Positions 49,497 to 59,521 of a DNA stretch of 64,000 nt are shown here, in pieces (the first letter of the stretch is position 1; each line of letters opens with the position of its first letter). The stretch covers positions 14,640 through 78,639 of the forward strand of contig JBFMGK010000066.1 in the NCBI GenBank assembly GCA_040752575.1. The letters are read 5' to 3'. The translations under genes and the position numbers were made by a program. The notes beneath the pieces were generated by a model. It did not search any database and was not told the DNA's origin. It saw only the letters and a list, made by a program, of their open reading frames with translations. Origin of the DNA: Candidatus Bipolaricaulota bacterium. Lineage in GTDB: Bacteria; Bipolaricaulota; Bipolaricaulia; UBA7950; UBA9294.

Positions 49497-50515
49497 GCGC
49501 AGCGCAGGTCCGCGTCTCGTCGCTCCACGGAGCGGGCGGCGAGGTCATGGACGATCTGATCCGCAGCCTCATCGTCCCGCGATTCGCGGCCCGCAGCGCT
49601 GGGAGAATCGGTCTGTCGGCGATGGACGACGGCGCAACGATCGAGCGACCCGCCACGGGCGAACTGGTCGTCACCACGGACTGCCATGTGGTGAAGCCTG
49701 TCTTCTTCCCCGGCGGAGACATCGGACGGCTCGCCGCGGCCGGGACCGTCAACGACCTGGCCGTCATGGGCGCCCGTCCCGTTGCGTTCACCCTCGGCAT
49801 CATCCTCGAAGAGGGTTTCGCCCTTGAAGATCTTGAGAAGATCCTCGACTCGTTTGCCGAGGTTCTCGCCGAGGTCGACGCATCCCTCGTCGGGGGCGAT
49901 ACGAAGGTGATGGCCTCCGGCGATGTCGACGGCATCATTCTCTGCGCGACGGGTTTCGGTATTGCAGACCGCGCCGTCTCCGACGCCGAGCTCTGGGAAG
50001 GAGACGACGTGCTGATCACGGGCACGGTCGGAGATCATGGCATGGCCTTGCTGGCCGCTCGCGAGGAGTTTCGTCTTTCTACGCGCCTCGTGAGCGACGT
50101 CGCCCCCCTGTGGTCTCTCTTGAAGCCCGTTCTCCCGATGGGGGTCCACGCCATGAAGGACCCAACTCGTGGCGGGCTCGCGGCCGCGCTCAACGAGATG
50201 GCTCGCAAGTCGGAAGCCTGTGTCGAGATCGACGAGGCGTCCATTCCCTTGCGAGCGGAGGTCGCGGGCCTTTCGGATCTGCTCGGCATCTCTCCGCTGG
50301 ACGTCGCGAACGAAGGAAAGGCCGTCCTCGTAGTCGATCCCCAGGCAACGGGAGCGATCCTGGCGGCTCTTGCAGCGCACCCCCGAGGAGCGCAGGCCCG
50401 GCGTATCGGCAAAGTCACTCGCCGCTATCCCGGCCGCGTGGTCATGGACACAGGCATCGGCGGCGAGAGGTTCCTCGACATGCCCCTCGGCGACCCGGTG
50501 CCGCGGATCTGCTAG
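49493..50515 (+). CDS. hypE: Carbamoyl dehydratase HypE
   Basis: HGAGG, GTVNDL, GGDTKV, DPTRGG, ANEG, terminal PRIC. Confidence 0.95.
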   Translation: MSAAQVRVSSLHGAGGEVMDDLIRSLIVPRFAARSAGRIGLSAMDDGATIERPATGELVVTTDCHVVKPVFFPGGDIGRLAAAGTVNDLAVMGARPVAFTLGIILEEGFALEDLEKILDSFAEVLAEVDASLVGGDTKVMASGDVDGIILCATGFGIADRAVSDAELWEGDDVLITGTVGDHGMALLAAREEFRLSTRLVSDVAPLWSLLKPVLPMGVHAMKDPTRGGLAAALNEMARKSEACVEIDEASIPLRAEVAGLSDLLGISPLDVANEGKAVLVVDPQATGAILAALAAHPRGAQARRIGKVTRRYPGRVVMDTGIGGERFLDMPLGDPVPRIC

Positions 50516-51357
50516 CGCGTCAGCCAAGCGCGACGGTCGGCGAGGGTCTTCCCCCGAGACTGGCACGTCGGGCAGTAGTAGGTTCGCCTCTCGGCGAAAC
50601 GAATCTCAGCAATCGGCGTCCCGCAGACGGGGCAGGGGTGCCCCGTTCTTCCCACAACGGAAAGCCCCTCGCGTCGGGAGTCGGCGACGAAGTCCCCGCC
50701 AGCGCGAGTGCGAGTTCGTTCTGTGGCCTCGCGAAGTACGCGCTGGATCGCCGCGTGCAGCTGAAGGATCTCGTCCGCCTCGAGGGTACTTGCATAGCGA
50801 ATCGGCGATAGCCGCGCTGCGTGAAGGATCTCATCCGCGTACACGGAGCCGATTCCTGCAACGACGGAAGGATCCGTCAGAGCTTTCTTGATCTGCCGGC
50901 GCTCGCCGAGATGCGAGGCGAGCAACTCCGGGGTGAACGCATCCGACAGCGGTTCGGGGCCGGTCGTCTCGATCCCCTCGACATCTCGTAGGTCCCGGAC
51001 GATGTGCACGCGCGCCCGTTTTACGCTTCCCGTCTCGACCAGTCGCAACTCCTGACCATTCTCGAAACCGATGCAGAACGCCGTGGCCTGGGTTCGCCTC
51101 GTATCCCGCCGCGCCAACACGAGCCGGCCCGAGAGCATTAGATGCACGGCGAGATAGAGGTCCTCGCCGCACGCGAGAATCAGGTGCTTGCCGCGCCGCT
51201 GAACCGAGCGAACGGACGTCCCCTTCAGGGCATCAACGGGAGGCACCAGCGTCTTCAGGATTCCGGGACGCAGAACCGCGGCGTCGCAAAGGGTCCAACC
51301 CAAGATGCGACGCGCGAGCGCTTCGCGCAGGATCTCTAGTTCTGGCAGCTCGGGCAT
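50512..51357 (-). CDS. Fpg/Nei family DNA glycosylase
   Basis: N-terminal MPELPE, RRGKHL, HLMLSG, H2TH AGIG..YADE, C4 zinc finger. Confidence 0.9.
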   Translation of the reverse strand: MPELPELEILREALARRILGWTLCDAAVLRPGILKTLVPPVDALKGTSVRSVQRRGKHLILACGEDLYLAVHLMLSGRLVLARRDTRRTQATAFCIGFENGQELRLVETGSVKRARVHIVRDLRDVEGIETTGPEPLSDAFTPELLASHLGERRQIKKALTDPSVVAGIGSVYADEILHAARLSPIRYASTLEADEILQLHAAIQRVLREATERTRTRAGGDFVADSRREGLSVVGRTGHPCPVCGTPIAEIRFAERRTYYCPTCQSRGKTLADRRAWLTR

Positions 51358-51503
51358 CGTCTCACCGTCGCGAGCATACGACACCCGCCCCCTGCGATCG
51401 ACTCCCTCGTCGCGTCTGCAGCGGTGCGCGACGTCCCCCTCCGAAGCGCCACCCTTCCGGATTCCGTGCCGCGCGTGAATCAGACTCTGAGCCGGAGGTC
51501 GTA

Positions 51504-51965
51504 ATGAAGGACATGATCGCCCGCCGACTCGCTCTCGTTGCGCTCGCCGGTTTCGCCGTGTGGGCTGCAGCCGGTTGCGTTCCGACAGCTCGCGTGAACG
51601 TGACCGGAGGGTGGAGCGCAACGCTCACGTTCACGAACGGCCCCATGGCCGGTTTCCAGCGCGGATTCACCCTCGATCTCGCCGACAGCGAGGGCGTGGT
51701 CACAGGCACGGTCCGCTTGCCCAGCCACGGGGGACTCACGTATCTGATCCAGGTCACGTACGGCCGCGTACGCGGCGAAGCGCTCTTCCTCGAGGCCGCC
51801 GGCACCGACGATCAGATCGCTCCCCCCGCAGCCATCACGCTGACGCTCGATGGAGAGATCTCGGCCGCGGGAATCACCGGGATCGGAACCCAGACGGTGA
51901 ACGGAACACCCTACGACTTCACGTGGCAAGCGGTGCTCGTCGCGCCTCCCCCGCCCGAGGCGTAG
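51504..51965 (+). CDS. Hypothetical lipoprotein
   Basis: GGAGG RBS; AAGC lipobox; beta-rich body (VTG.W...). Confidence 0.7.
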   Translation: MKDMIARRLALVALAGFAVWAAAGCVPTARVNVTGGWSATLTFTNGPMAGFQRGFTLDLADSEGVVTGTVRLPSHGGLTYLIQVTYGRVRGEALFLEAAGTDDQIAPPAAITLTLDGEISAAGITGIGTQTVNGTPYDFTWQAVLVAPPPPEA

Positions 51966-51971
51966 TCACGA

Positions 51972-53603
51972 CTAGAGTTTGCCCTCCCGCCGATCCCGTT
52001 CGGTGTCTTCGGGCGCCCGCTCGGTAGGCTCGCCATACCCCCCGCCGCCGGGCGTCTCAACGCAGAGAGCGTCGCCCGGTTCCAGCGTGAAGACCCCTTT
52101 GGACGGGACGTCCTCCATCGTTCCGTCCGCGCGGCGGACGGCGTTCCTGCCAGATCTTCCCGGACTTCCCCCTGCAACCCCGTACGCCGTACTCAATCGG
52201 CGCTCCGAGAGAATCGACACGCGGGCGGCATGTCCAACGGCCTCCACCTCGCGGCGGATCCCCAGCCCGCCGCGCCAACGACCCGCGCCGCCGCTCCCGG
52301 CGACCAGCTCGTAGCGCCGCACGCGGAGTGGATAGACCTTCTCCAGCGCCTCAATCGGCGTGTTGAGCGTGTTGGTCATGTGAGCGTGAACGCCATCGAT
52401 CCCGTCCTGATCTGGGCGCGCCCCGAAGCCGCCGGCCACGGTCTCGTAGAACGTGTAGACGCGGGCCGTCCTCGGATCACATCCCCCAAACGTGACGTTG
52501 TTCATCGTTCCCTGAGATGCGGCCACGGCGTGCGCAGGCCGCGCTGCCCCCAGCGCGCCGAGCAGGACGTCGACAATGCGCTGTGACGTCTCGAGGTTTC
52601 CGCCAACCACCGCGGCAGGCGGTCGCGGATTCAGGATCGTCCCTAGGGGCGCGTGAATCTGGATTGGACGAAAGGCCCCCTCGTTCGGCGGTATCGTCGG
52701 GTCGGTCGCCGCGAGTACCGCGAAGTACACGGCGGACGCCGTGACGGCAGGAACGGCGTTCAGCGGCCCGGCAGTCTGCGGCGCGCTCCCCGTGAAGTCG
52801 ACCTCGAGGGTGTCGCCGCCCGAGGTGACCGCGACGCGTATCGGAAGGGGGCCACGGCCCGCACCGTCGTCCTCGAGCGCGTCTTCAAACGCATACTTCC
52901 CCTTCGGGATCGCGGACAAGGCATCGCGCATGCGTCGCTCGGCATAGTTCAGCACTGCCTGCATCCCGTCGACCAGCCGGTCGCGGCCATGGCGGGCGGC
53001 CAACGCCGCGACGCGCTCCACGCCGACCCGGCACCCGGCAGACTGTGCCTCGAGGTCCCCGCGGCGTTCCTCTGGAGTTCGCACATTCAGGAGGATCAGC
53101 GACAAGAGGTCGTGGTCCGGTCGTCCGCATCTCCAGAGCTTCACCGGCGGGATCCGCAGTCCTTCCTGGAAGATCTCCACGCAATCGGCGGCAACACTGC
53201 CGGGCTCCTTGCCCCCGACATCCGCGTGATGGGCTCGGTTCGCAACGAACGCGACCAGCATGTGGCCGACGAAAACCGGGGCCACGAACGTAATGTCGGG
53301 CAGATGGGCCCCGCCCGCGTAGGGGTCATTCATCACAGCGATGTCCCCCGGCGACCACCGGCGCACGGCGGCACAAGCGGAAGCCACCGAGAAGGGCATC
53401 GCGCCGAGGTGGACGGGTATCGACTCTGCCTGGGCAACAAGGCGCCCCGACGCATCCAACACCGCCGATGAGCAGTCCCGGCGCTCGTTCACGTTCGGGC
53501 TGTACGCCGTTCGAATCAGGTCGGCGTTCATTTCTTCCGCGACCGCGGCGAGACCATGGCGCAAAACCTCCAGCCCCGCGGCATCCAACCCTCGCCGACT
53601 CAT
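51972..53603 (-). CDS. Hydantoinase B / 5-oxoprolinase subunit
   Basis: EEM, AYSPNV.ER.D.S, PVHLG, NDPY.GG.HLPD, HHADVGG, ETPGGGGYG. Confidence 0.92.
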   Translation of the reverse strand: MSRRGLDAAGLEVLRHGLAAVAEEMNADLIRTAYSPNVNERRDCSSAVLDASGRLVAQAESIPVHLGAMPFSVASACAAVRRWSPGDIAVMNDPYAGGAHLPDITFVAPVFVGHMLVAFVANRAHHADVGGKEPGSVAADCVEIFQEGLRIPPVKLWRCGRPDHDLLSLILLNVRTPEERRGDLEAQSAGCRVGVERVAALAARHGRDRLVDGMQAVLNYAERRMRDALSAIPKGKYAFEDALEDDGAGRGPLPIRVAVTSGGDTLEVDFTGSAPQTAGPLNAVPAVTASAVYFAVLAATDPTIPPNEGAFRPIQIHAPLGTILNPRPPAAVVGGNLETSQRIVDVLLGALGAARPAHAVAASQGTMNNVTFGGCDPRTARVYTFYETVAGGFGARPDQDGIDGVHAHMTNTLNTPIEALEKVYPLRVRRYELVAGSGGAGRWRGGLGIRREVEAVGHAARVSILSERRLSTAYGVAGGSPGRSGRNAVRRADGTMEDVPSKGVFTLEPGDALCVETPGGGGYGEPTERAPEDTERDRREGKL

Positions 53604-55627
53604 CCGACCTCCACGTGAAGGTGGCCGGACGCATCGGCCACCCCGCGGGCGCCCGGCGGGATCACGACCGTCGTGTCCCCACCGACGAGGATGGCTGGAC
53701 CGCGAAGCGGTCGTCCGATCTCGACCTGCGCTCGGTCATGCACATGAACAGGCACAGCTCCCCGCGAGTCGAACCATGCCAGCACTTCTCGTCTCGCCGA
53801 ATGGCTCAAAGCCGCCGCTTCCGCGGCCGGGACTCGGCGAGGCTCGGGCCCATGGGCCCGGACGCGCAGCGTGACGAGTTCGACGTCTCGGTGCAGCGCA
53901 GCATGTCCAAACCGCCGTTCATGCGCAGCGTCGAACTCCCGCCGGACCTCTCCGGGACTCAGGGCTCCCGCGCCCCAACGCACGGGAACCGAGACCTCGT
54001 GCGACTGCCCCACGTATCGCATGTCTGCGGTCACGCGGAAGCGAACGTCCGCACCCGCGAATCCTTCGCCGCACAGCGCGGCGCGCCCGCGTTCCACTAG
54101 CGGGGCGACGCGGGTTTCGAGATCCTCTCCCGTCATGCTGCCGAGGAGTTGTAGGATCGTCAGGCTCTCGTCGTGCCCCGCCTCGGCCACGAGAAGTCCG
54201 AAGGCGGAAAGGACGCCGGCAAGACGCGGGATCACGACTCGTTCAATGCCCAGCCGCCGCGCAAGGGAGACGGCGTGGAGAGGGCCCGCGCCTCCAAAGG
54301 CGACCAACGCGTAGTCCCTAGGATCCTGACCTCGCTCGACGGTCATAACACGGATTGCACGCTCCATCGCTGCTTCTGCGACGTCGAGAATCCCTAGCGC
54401 CACTTGCTCCACGGGCACCCCCAGAGTGCCAGCAAGGTCGTCGCCAAGAGCCGCCCGCGCCGCCTCCGTGTCAAGACGCGTCAGAGATCCGATCGGCAGG
54501 TCAGCCACCACGCGCCCTAGGACGAGGTGGGCGTCCGTGACCGTCGGGCGTGCGCCGCCGCGACCGTAGCACGCCGGACCGGGATCTGCGCCGGCACTCT
54601 GCGGGCCAACGCGCAGTGCACCCCCCCCATCCAGCCAGGCGATGCTTCCCCCGCCGGCCCCGATGGAATGCACCGCGACCGCCGGAAGCGCCACCGGGTA
54701 TCCCCCGACCGTCGCATGGGCCGTCCATTCCGCCTCCCCGCCGGTGACGACGGAGACGTCACAGCTCGTCCCGCCCATGTCGATCCCGATGACGTTCGGC
54801 TCGCCGACTTCCCGTCCGAGCCAGCGGATCGCCTCAACACCTCCCGCGGGGCCCGATAGGACAAGCCGCGCCGGGTTGTCTGCCGCACGACGAGCGCCCA
54901 CGACGGCTCCATTCGATTGCATCACGCGCCATGTCCGCGGTAGGCCCAAAGCTGCGGCTCCCTCTTCAAGAGACTGAAGCGCCACGTCGATCTTGGGGCG
55001 CAACGCCGCGCAGACCACGGTCGTCGAGATCCGCTCCACTTCGCGGAAGACCGGCAACACGTCGCTCGATGCGACGATGGGGACACCCAGCCGCACAGAC
55101 AGGGCCTCGACGACACGCCGCTCATGCTCCGGCCGCAGATAGGAGAAGAGGAAGGCCACGGCGACGGCCTCGACGTGCTCTCGAACCAGATCGCCAGCCA
55201 CCCGTTCCACATCGTCCATGTTGAGCGGCATCTCGACCTCGCCCTCCGCCGTCACGCGCTCCCGCACTTCGAAGCGTAGGTTCCGAGGCACAAGCGGCAG
55301 CGGCCGACGCACCCCTAGGTCGTAGAGTGAAGCACGGTTCTGGCGCCCGATCTCGAGGACATCGCGAAACCCTTCCGTTGTCACCAGGGCCGTCCGCGCC
55401 CACGTCCGCTCAAGAAGGGCGTTTGTGGCTACGGTCGACGCGTACAACATCTCGGCCACGCCCTTCGGGTCTACGATTCCCAGTTCGACCAGTCGGCGGA
55501 GGCCGTTCAGGACGGCCTGGCCCGCATCAGCCCCTGAAGGTTCCTTCGCGACACGCAGCCTATCTCGGTCCGCGACGACGAAGTCCACGAACGTGCCCCC
55601 GACGTCGATTGCGATCGTCTGCGCCAT
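53600..55627 (-). CDS. Hydantoinase A / 5-oxoprolinase subunit
   Basis: DVGGTF.D, STVATNAL, SGPAGG, DMGGTS.D, GAGGGS, GP.SAGA.PGP, FGGAGP. Confidence 0.92.
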   Translation of the reverse strand: MAQTIAIDVGGTFVDFVVADRDRLRVAKEPSGADAGQAVLNGLRRLVELGIVDPKGVAEMLYASTVATNALLERTWARTALVTTEGFRDVLEIGRQNRASLYDLGVRRPLPLVPRNLRFEVRERVTAEGEVEMPLNMDDVERVAGDLVREHVEAVAVAFLFSYLRPEHERRVVEALSVRLGVPIVASSDVLPVFREVERISTTVVCAALRPKIDVALQSLEEGAAALGLPRTWRVMQSNGAVVGARRAADNPARLVLSGPAGGVEAIRWLGREVGEPNVIGIDMGGTSCDVSVVTGGEAEWTAHATVGGYPVALPAVAVHSIGAGGGSIAWLDGGGALRVGPQSAGADPGPACYGRGGARPTVTDAHLVLGRVVADLPIGSLTRLDTEAARAALGDDLAGTLGVPVEQVALGILDVAEAAMERAIRVMTVERGQDPRDYALVAFGGAGPLHAVSLARRLGIERVVIPRLAGVLSAFGLLVAEAGHDESLTILQLLGSMTGEDLETRVAPLVERGRAALCGEGFAGADVRFRVTADMRYVGQSHEVSVPVRWGAGALSPGEVRREFDAAHERRFGHAALHRDVELVTLRVRAHGPEPRRVPAAEAAALSHSARREVLAWFDSRGAVPVHVHDRAQVEIGRPLRGPAILVGGDTTVVIPPGARGVADASGHLHVEVG

Positions 55628-55677
55628 GGCGGGGGAGTATAGTACACTCTCGCCCGCCGAGCAGAAGGGGGTTGTCG

Positions 55678-56655
55678 ATGGCAGCGACGCCGGAGCGAAT
55701 CCTCGTCACAGGGGCCGGGGGCCAGATTGGTTCGGAGTTGGTGCCGCACCTGCGCCGACGCCATGGCGCGGACGTCGTGGTGGCCACCGACGTCCGCGAG
55801 ACGGCCCGCGATGCGCTGGGCCCAGGACCCTTCGAGGTCCTCGACGTCCGCGACCGCGGTCGCCTGCGCGAGGTCGTGGATCGCCATCAGATCGGCGTGG
55901 TCTTCCACATGGCGGCCATCCTCTCCGCCATGGGCGAAGCTCATCCCCAGCTCGCCTGGGACGTGAACGTCGGCGGGCTCGTGAACGTTCTCGAAGTGGC
56001 GCGGGAGCGAGAGTTGCGGCGCGTCTTTTGCCCGAGCTCGATTGCCGTCTTTGGTCCAGAGACTCCGCGGGAGCTTGCACCCCAGTCGGGCGTGCTCCGC
56101 CCTTCCACGATGTACGGCCTCTCCAAGGTCACCGGGGAACTGCTTGCGGACTACTACGCACAACGGTACGGCCTTGACGTCCGAGGTCTCCGCTATCCCG
56201 GCATCATCTCGAGCGAGGCCCCTCCCGGCGGAGGCACGACCGACTTCGCCGTCGACATGTTCGTCGAAGCCCTCCGCACAGAGCGCTACACGTGCTTCGT
56301 CCGCCCGGACACCGTCCTGCCCATGATGTACATGCCCGACTGCATTCGCGCAACGATCCAGATCATGGATGCACCGCCGGACTCGCTCTCACGACGCGCC
56401 GACTACAACCTCGCGTCTATGAGCTTCTCGGCCGCCGAGCTCGCGGCCGAGATCCAGAAGAGCGTCCCCTCGTTCTGCTGCACTTACGAGCCGGACTTCC
56501 GGCAGGCCATCGCGGACTCCTGGCCCCGCGAAGTCGATGACTCGGCCGCGCGCGCCGACTGGGGCTGGTCCCCGTCCTACAGCCTCCCGACGATGGCTGA
56601 AGACATGCTGCGTCGCCTTGCCGACCGACGCCGCGGCATACACCCGTCGCCTTGA
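55678..56655 (+). CDS. tdh: L-threonine 3-dehydrogenase (SDR/GalE type)
   Basis: GAGGQIG, HMAAILSA.GE, PSSIAVFG, YGLSK, PGGGTTD, LPMMYMPD, RQ.IADSWP. Confidence 0.85.
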   Translation: MAATPERILVTGAGGQIGSELVPHLRRRHGADVVVATDVRETARDALGPGPFEVLDVRDRGRLREVVDRHQIGVVFHMAAILSAMGEAHPQLAWDVNVGGLVNVLEVARERELRRVFCPSSIAVFGPETPRELAPQSGVLRPSTMYGLSKVTGELLADYYAQRYGLDVRGLRYPGIISSEAPPGGGTTDFAVDMFVEALRTERYTCFVRPDTVLPMMYMPDCIRATIQIMDAPPDSLSRRADYNLASMSFSAAELAAEIQKSVPSFCCTYEPDFRQAIADSWPREVDDSAARADWGWSPSYSLPTMAEDMLRRLADRRRGIHPSP

Positions 56656-56674
56656 GCCTGGCGTAGAAACGAGC

Positions 56675-56703
56675 GAGGGACTCCGCTCTCGCCGGAGTCC
56701 CTC
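56675..56703. terminator. Hairpin between the convergent tdh and rplQ genes
   Basis: GAGGGACTCCG-ctctcgc-CGGAGTCCCTC, 11-bp perfect stem; weak U-tract. Confidence 0.6.
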
Positions 56704-56728
56704 ATCACATCGCGCCTCTGGCCGCGAT

Positions 56729-57082
56729 CTAGGGAAGTAGCATCAGTCGCGCCTGCTCAGCTCCATCGCCCCGACGCGGGCCGAGCTTCACGACGCGCGT
56801 GTAGCCCCCTGCCTTCTCCTTGAGTCGCGGTCCGATCTCGCCGAACAGCCGGTCCACCGCCGCCTTGTCCTGAAGGCGTGCGAACGCGATCCGTCGCGCG
56901 TGGAGGTCGCCCCGGCGGGCCAGCGTGATCAGGCGTTCGGCGTAGCGTTGCCCCGCCTTCGCGCGGACGAACGTCGTGTCGACCTTAGAGTGGAGGATCA
57001 GCGCGTTTGTCAGGTTCGCAAGCACCCGCCGCCGGTGACTCGCCACCATCCCGATCTTCTCGACGCCGTCTCTATGCCGCAT
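56729..57082 (-). CDS. rplQ: 50S ribosomal protein L17
   Basis: MRHR, ERLITLA, GGYTRV.K, RRGDGA. Confidence 0.96.
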   Translation of the reverse strand: MRHRDGVEKIGMVASHRRRVLANLTNALILHSKVDTTFVRAKAGQRYAERLITLARRGDLHARRIAFARLQDKAAVDRLFGEIGPRLKEKAGGYTRVVKLGPRRGDGAEQARLMLLP

Positions 57083-58034
57083 GGTGAATCTCCCCTTCGT
57101 TCCGCAGGGCGTACCCAAGCTCTGCCAGCCGCTCTTCCACCTTGGTGAGCGTCTTCGCCCCGAAACCGTGAATGTCCAGTAACTCCTCACGCGGCCGGGC
57201 AAGGAGTTGTCCCAGCGTCGTGATGTCCGCCTCTTGAAGGAGGTTGCATGCCCGTTGGTCGATCTCAAGGTCGACCAGGGGAATCGAGAGCTCGTGAGAT
57301 TCGCCGCCCCCTGCAGTCTCCTCGATCGACATCCCGAACGGGTGCTCTGCGAACCCCCGGAAGAGCTCCAGGTGGCGTAGCAAGAGCCGACTCGCCTCGG
57401 AGACGGCCTCCTCGGGTCGGATGCTTCCGTTCGTCACGACGTCGAGGATCAGTCTCTCGTATCCCGTCTTGCCCCCCACTCGCGTCTCCTCGACGGCGAA
57501 ATTCACCTTCCTCACCGGCGAGAAATCCGCATCGATCGGAATGACCGAGAGCGGAGCGTCCTCGGGACGATTCTGCTCTGCCGGGAGGTACGAGAAGCCC
57601 GTCTCGACCTCCAGTTCAAGATCCAGAACCGCTTTGGGGTTCAGGGTTGCTATGTGCACCTCGGGGTTCACGACCTCGACACCCGGCGGCAACTCCACGT
57701 CCGCCGCCGTCACGGTCCCCGGGCCGCGTTTCTCCAGCGTCAATCGCTTCACGCCTTCCTCGTGCACGCGAAGCGCGATACCTTTCAGGTTCAGGAGAAT
57801 CTCGAGGATGTCCTCCTTGACGCCTTCGATCGTGTCGTACTCGTGATACTTTCCGGCGAACCGCACCCGGACGATGGCCGCCCCCGGGATCGCCGTCAGC
57901 AGAGTCCGCCGCAGCGCGTTCCCCAGCGTCGTTCCGAAACCCGCCTCCAGCGGCTCGAGAACGATTCGGCCACTGGTCTCGGTGAGCTCCGCAACCTTGA
58001 CGTCCTTGGGAAAGACCATCTCGTCCATGCCCAC
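57072..58034 (-). CDS. rpoA: RNA polymerase alpha subunit
   Basis: EPLE.GFG.TLGNALRR, HEY..I.GV.ED, DADFSPV, alpha-CTD. Confidence 0.97.
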   Translation of the reverse strand: MGMDEMVFPKDVKVAELTETSGRIVLEPLEAGFGTTLGNALRRTLLTAIPGAAIVRVRFAGKYHEYDTIEGVKEDILEILLNLKGIALRVHEEGVKRLTLEKRGPGTVTAADVELPPGVEVVNPEVHIATLNPKAVLDLELEVETGFSYLPAEQNRPEDAPLSVIPIDADFSPVRKVNFAVEETRVGGKTGYERLILDVVTNGSIRPEEAVSEASRLLLRHLELFRGFAEHPFGMSIEETAGGGESHELSIPLVDLEIDQRACNLLQEADITTLGQLLARPREELLDIHGFGAKTLTKVEERLAELGYALRNEGEIHHAA

Positions 58035-58037
58035 CTC

Positions 58038-58661
58038 CTAGCGGGAGTAGAACTCGACGATGAGGTTGGCCGCGATGTCCAACCCAAGCTGAGCCACGGT
58101 GGGAAGCGCCACAACCTGGAAGGTCAGCGTCTCGGCGTTGCGAGTGATCCACGCAGGAACGTCGCGCCCCTCGTTGGCTTCGACGATCGCGCGCACCTTG
58201 TCACGGCGTACCTCTTTGATGCTCGCCATGTCACCCTCACGCAAGAGAATCGAAGGAACGTTCGAGGCTCGGCCGTTCAGGTTGAAGTGCCCGTGCACGA
58301 TGAGCTGGCGCGCTTGCTGCCGCGAACTCGCAAACCCCGCCCGGTACACCATGTTGTCGAACCGCTGCTCCAGCATCTGCAGCAGGGCCTCGCCCGTTGC
58401 TCCCTTCACTCCTTTGGCGCGATCGACGTAGATCCGGAACTGGCTCTCACGCAGCCCGTAGATCCTTCGAGCCTTCTGCTTCTCACGCAAGTGAAGCTGG
58501 TATTGGCTGCGGCGTGGGCGTCGCTTCTTCGGGCCCTCTCCCGGCGGGTTCGCGCGCCGCGACAGCGCGCAACTCCGCGAGTAACAGCGGTCGCCCTTCA
58601 GAAAGAGCTTCTCGCCCTCGCGCCGACACTGCTTGCACTTCGCCGCGGTATCGCGTCCCAT
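58038..58661 (-). CDS. rpsD: 30S ribosomal protein S4 (Zn-binding type)
   Basis: CKQCRREG.KLFLKG.RC, EKQK, R.DN.VYR.G, IVEFYSR. Confidence 0.97.
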   Translation of the reverse strand: MGRDTAAKCKQCRREGEKLFLKGDRCYSRSCALSRRANPPGEGPKKRRPRRSQYQLHLREKQKARRIYGLRESQFRIYVDRAKGVKGATGEALLQMLEQRFDNMVYRAGFASSRQQARQLIVHGHFNLNGRASNVPSILLREGDMASIKEVRRDKVRAIVEANEGRDVPAWITRNAETLTFQVVALPTVAQLGLDIAANLIVEFYSR

Positions 58662-59008
58662 CAGATTCTCCCCTTGCTATGAGAAGCCGGCGTCACGTTC
58701 TTCACCTCTTCGACCCGAATCCCGGACGCCTTGATCGTCTGGACGACCGATTGCCTCCCGGAACCTGTTCCCTTGACTCGAATGGCCACGCTGCGAACGC
58801 CGTAGTCCTTCATGTCCCGCACAAGAGCTTCGGCTGCGATCTGCGCAGCGTACGGCGTACCCTTTTTCGATCCCTTGTAGCCAACAACGCCCGGGCTTTT
58901 CCACGCCACGGGATGGCCGCTGGGATCGGTGACGGTGATGATGGTGTTGTTGAATGTCGAGTGCACGTGAATCAACGCCCGCTCGAGTTTGATGTTCTTC
59001 GTTGCCAT
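58661..59008 (-). CDS. rpsK: 30S ribosomal protein S11 with a truncated C-terminus
   Basis: HSTFNNTIIT.TD, KGTPYAA, KG.GSGR; 115 aa. Confidence 0.95.
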   Translation of the reverse strand: MATKNIKLERALIHVHSTFNNTIITVTDPSGHPVAWKSPGVVGYKGSKKGTPYAAQIAAEALVRDMKDYGVRSVAIRVKGTGSGRQSVVQTIKASGIRVEEVKNVTPASHSKGRI

Positions 59009-59010
59009 CG

Positions 59011-59376
59011 CTACCTCTTCTTCCCGGCCTTCGCCGGCCGCGGGCCCTTCCACGTGCGCGCGTTCGCCCTCGTTCGCTGCCCTCGCACCGGGAGTCGCTT
59101 CTTGTGGCGTATGCCTCGGTACGCGTTGATGTCCTTCAAGCGCTGGATGCTCGAGGCGATTCGCCGGCGCAGGTCACCCTCGACGACGTACTGCTCGACC
59201 TCGCGACGCAGGTTCGCGACCTCGTTCTCGGTCAGGTCCTTGACCCGAACGTCGGGCGACACGCCCGCCTTCTCGAGGATCTCCGCCGCTCGCGGGGTCC
59301 CGATGCCGTACACGTACGTCAGCGCGACCTCGATGCGCTTGTTGCTGGGCAGGTTCACTCCGGCTATACGCGCCAT
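59011..59376 (-). CDS. rpsM: 30S ribosomal protein S13
   Basis: [25 protein letters not shown]. Confidence 0.97.
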   Translation of the reverse strand: MARIAGVNLPSNKRIEVALTYVYGIGTPRAAEILEKAGVSPDVRVKDLTENEVANLRREVEQYVVEGDLRRRIASSIQRLKDINAYRGIRHKKRLPVRGQRTRANARTWKGPRPAKAGKKR

Positions 59377-59387
59377 CTTCTCTCCCC

Positions 59388-59501
59388 TTATCCTTGGCGC
59401 TGCTTATGCTTTGGGTTCCGGCAGATCACCAACAGACGACCTTCTCGCCGGAGGACCTTGCACTTCGCGCACATTTTCTTGACGGATGCCCGGACCTTCA
59501 T
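59388..59501 (-). CDS. rpmJ: 50S ribosomal protein L36 (Zn-binding)
   Basis: Own translation: [37 protein letters not shown]. Confidence 0.97.
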   Translation of the reverse strand: MKVRASVKKMCAKCKVLRREGRLLVICRNPKHKQRQG

Positions 59502-59521
59502 CTGGTTCGGCGTAGAGCGCT

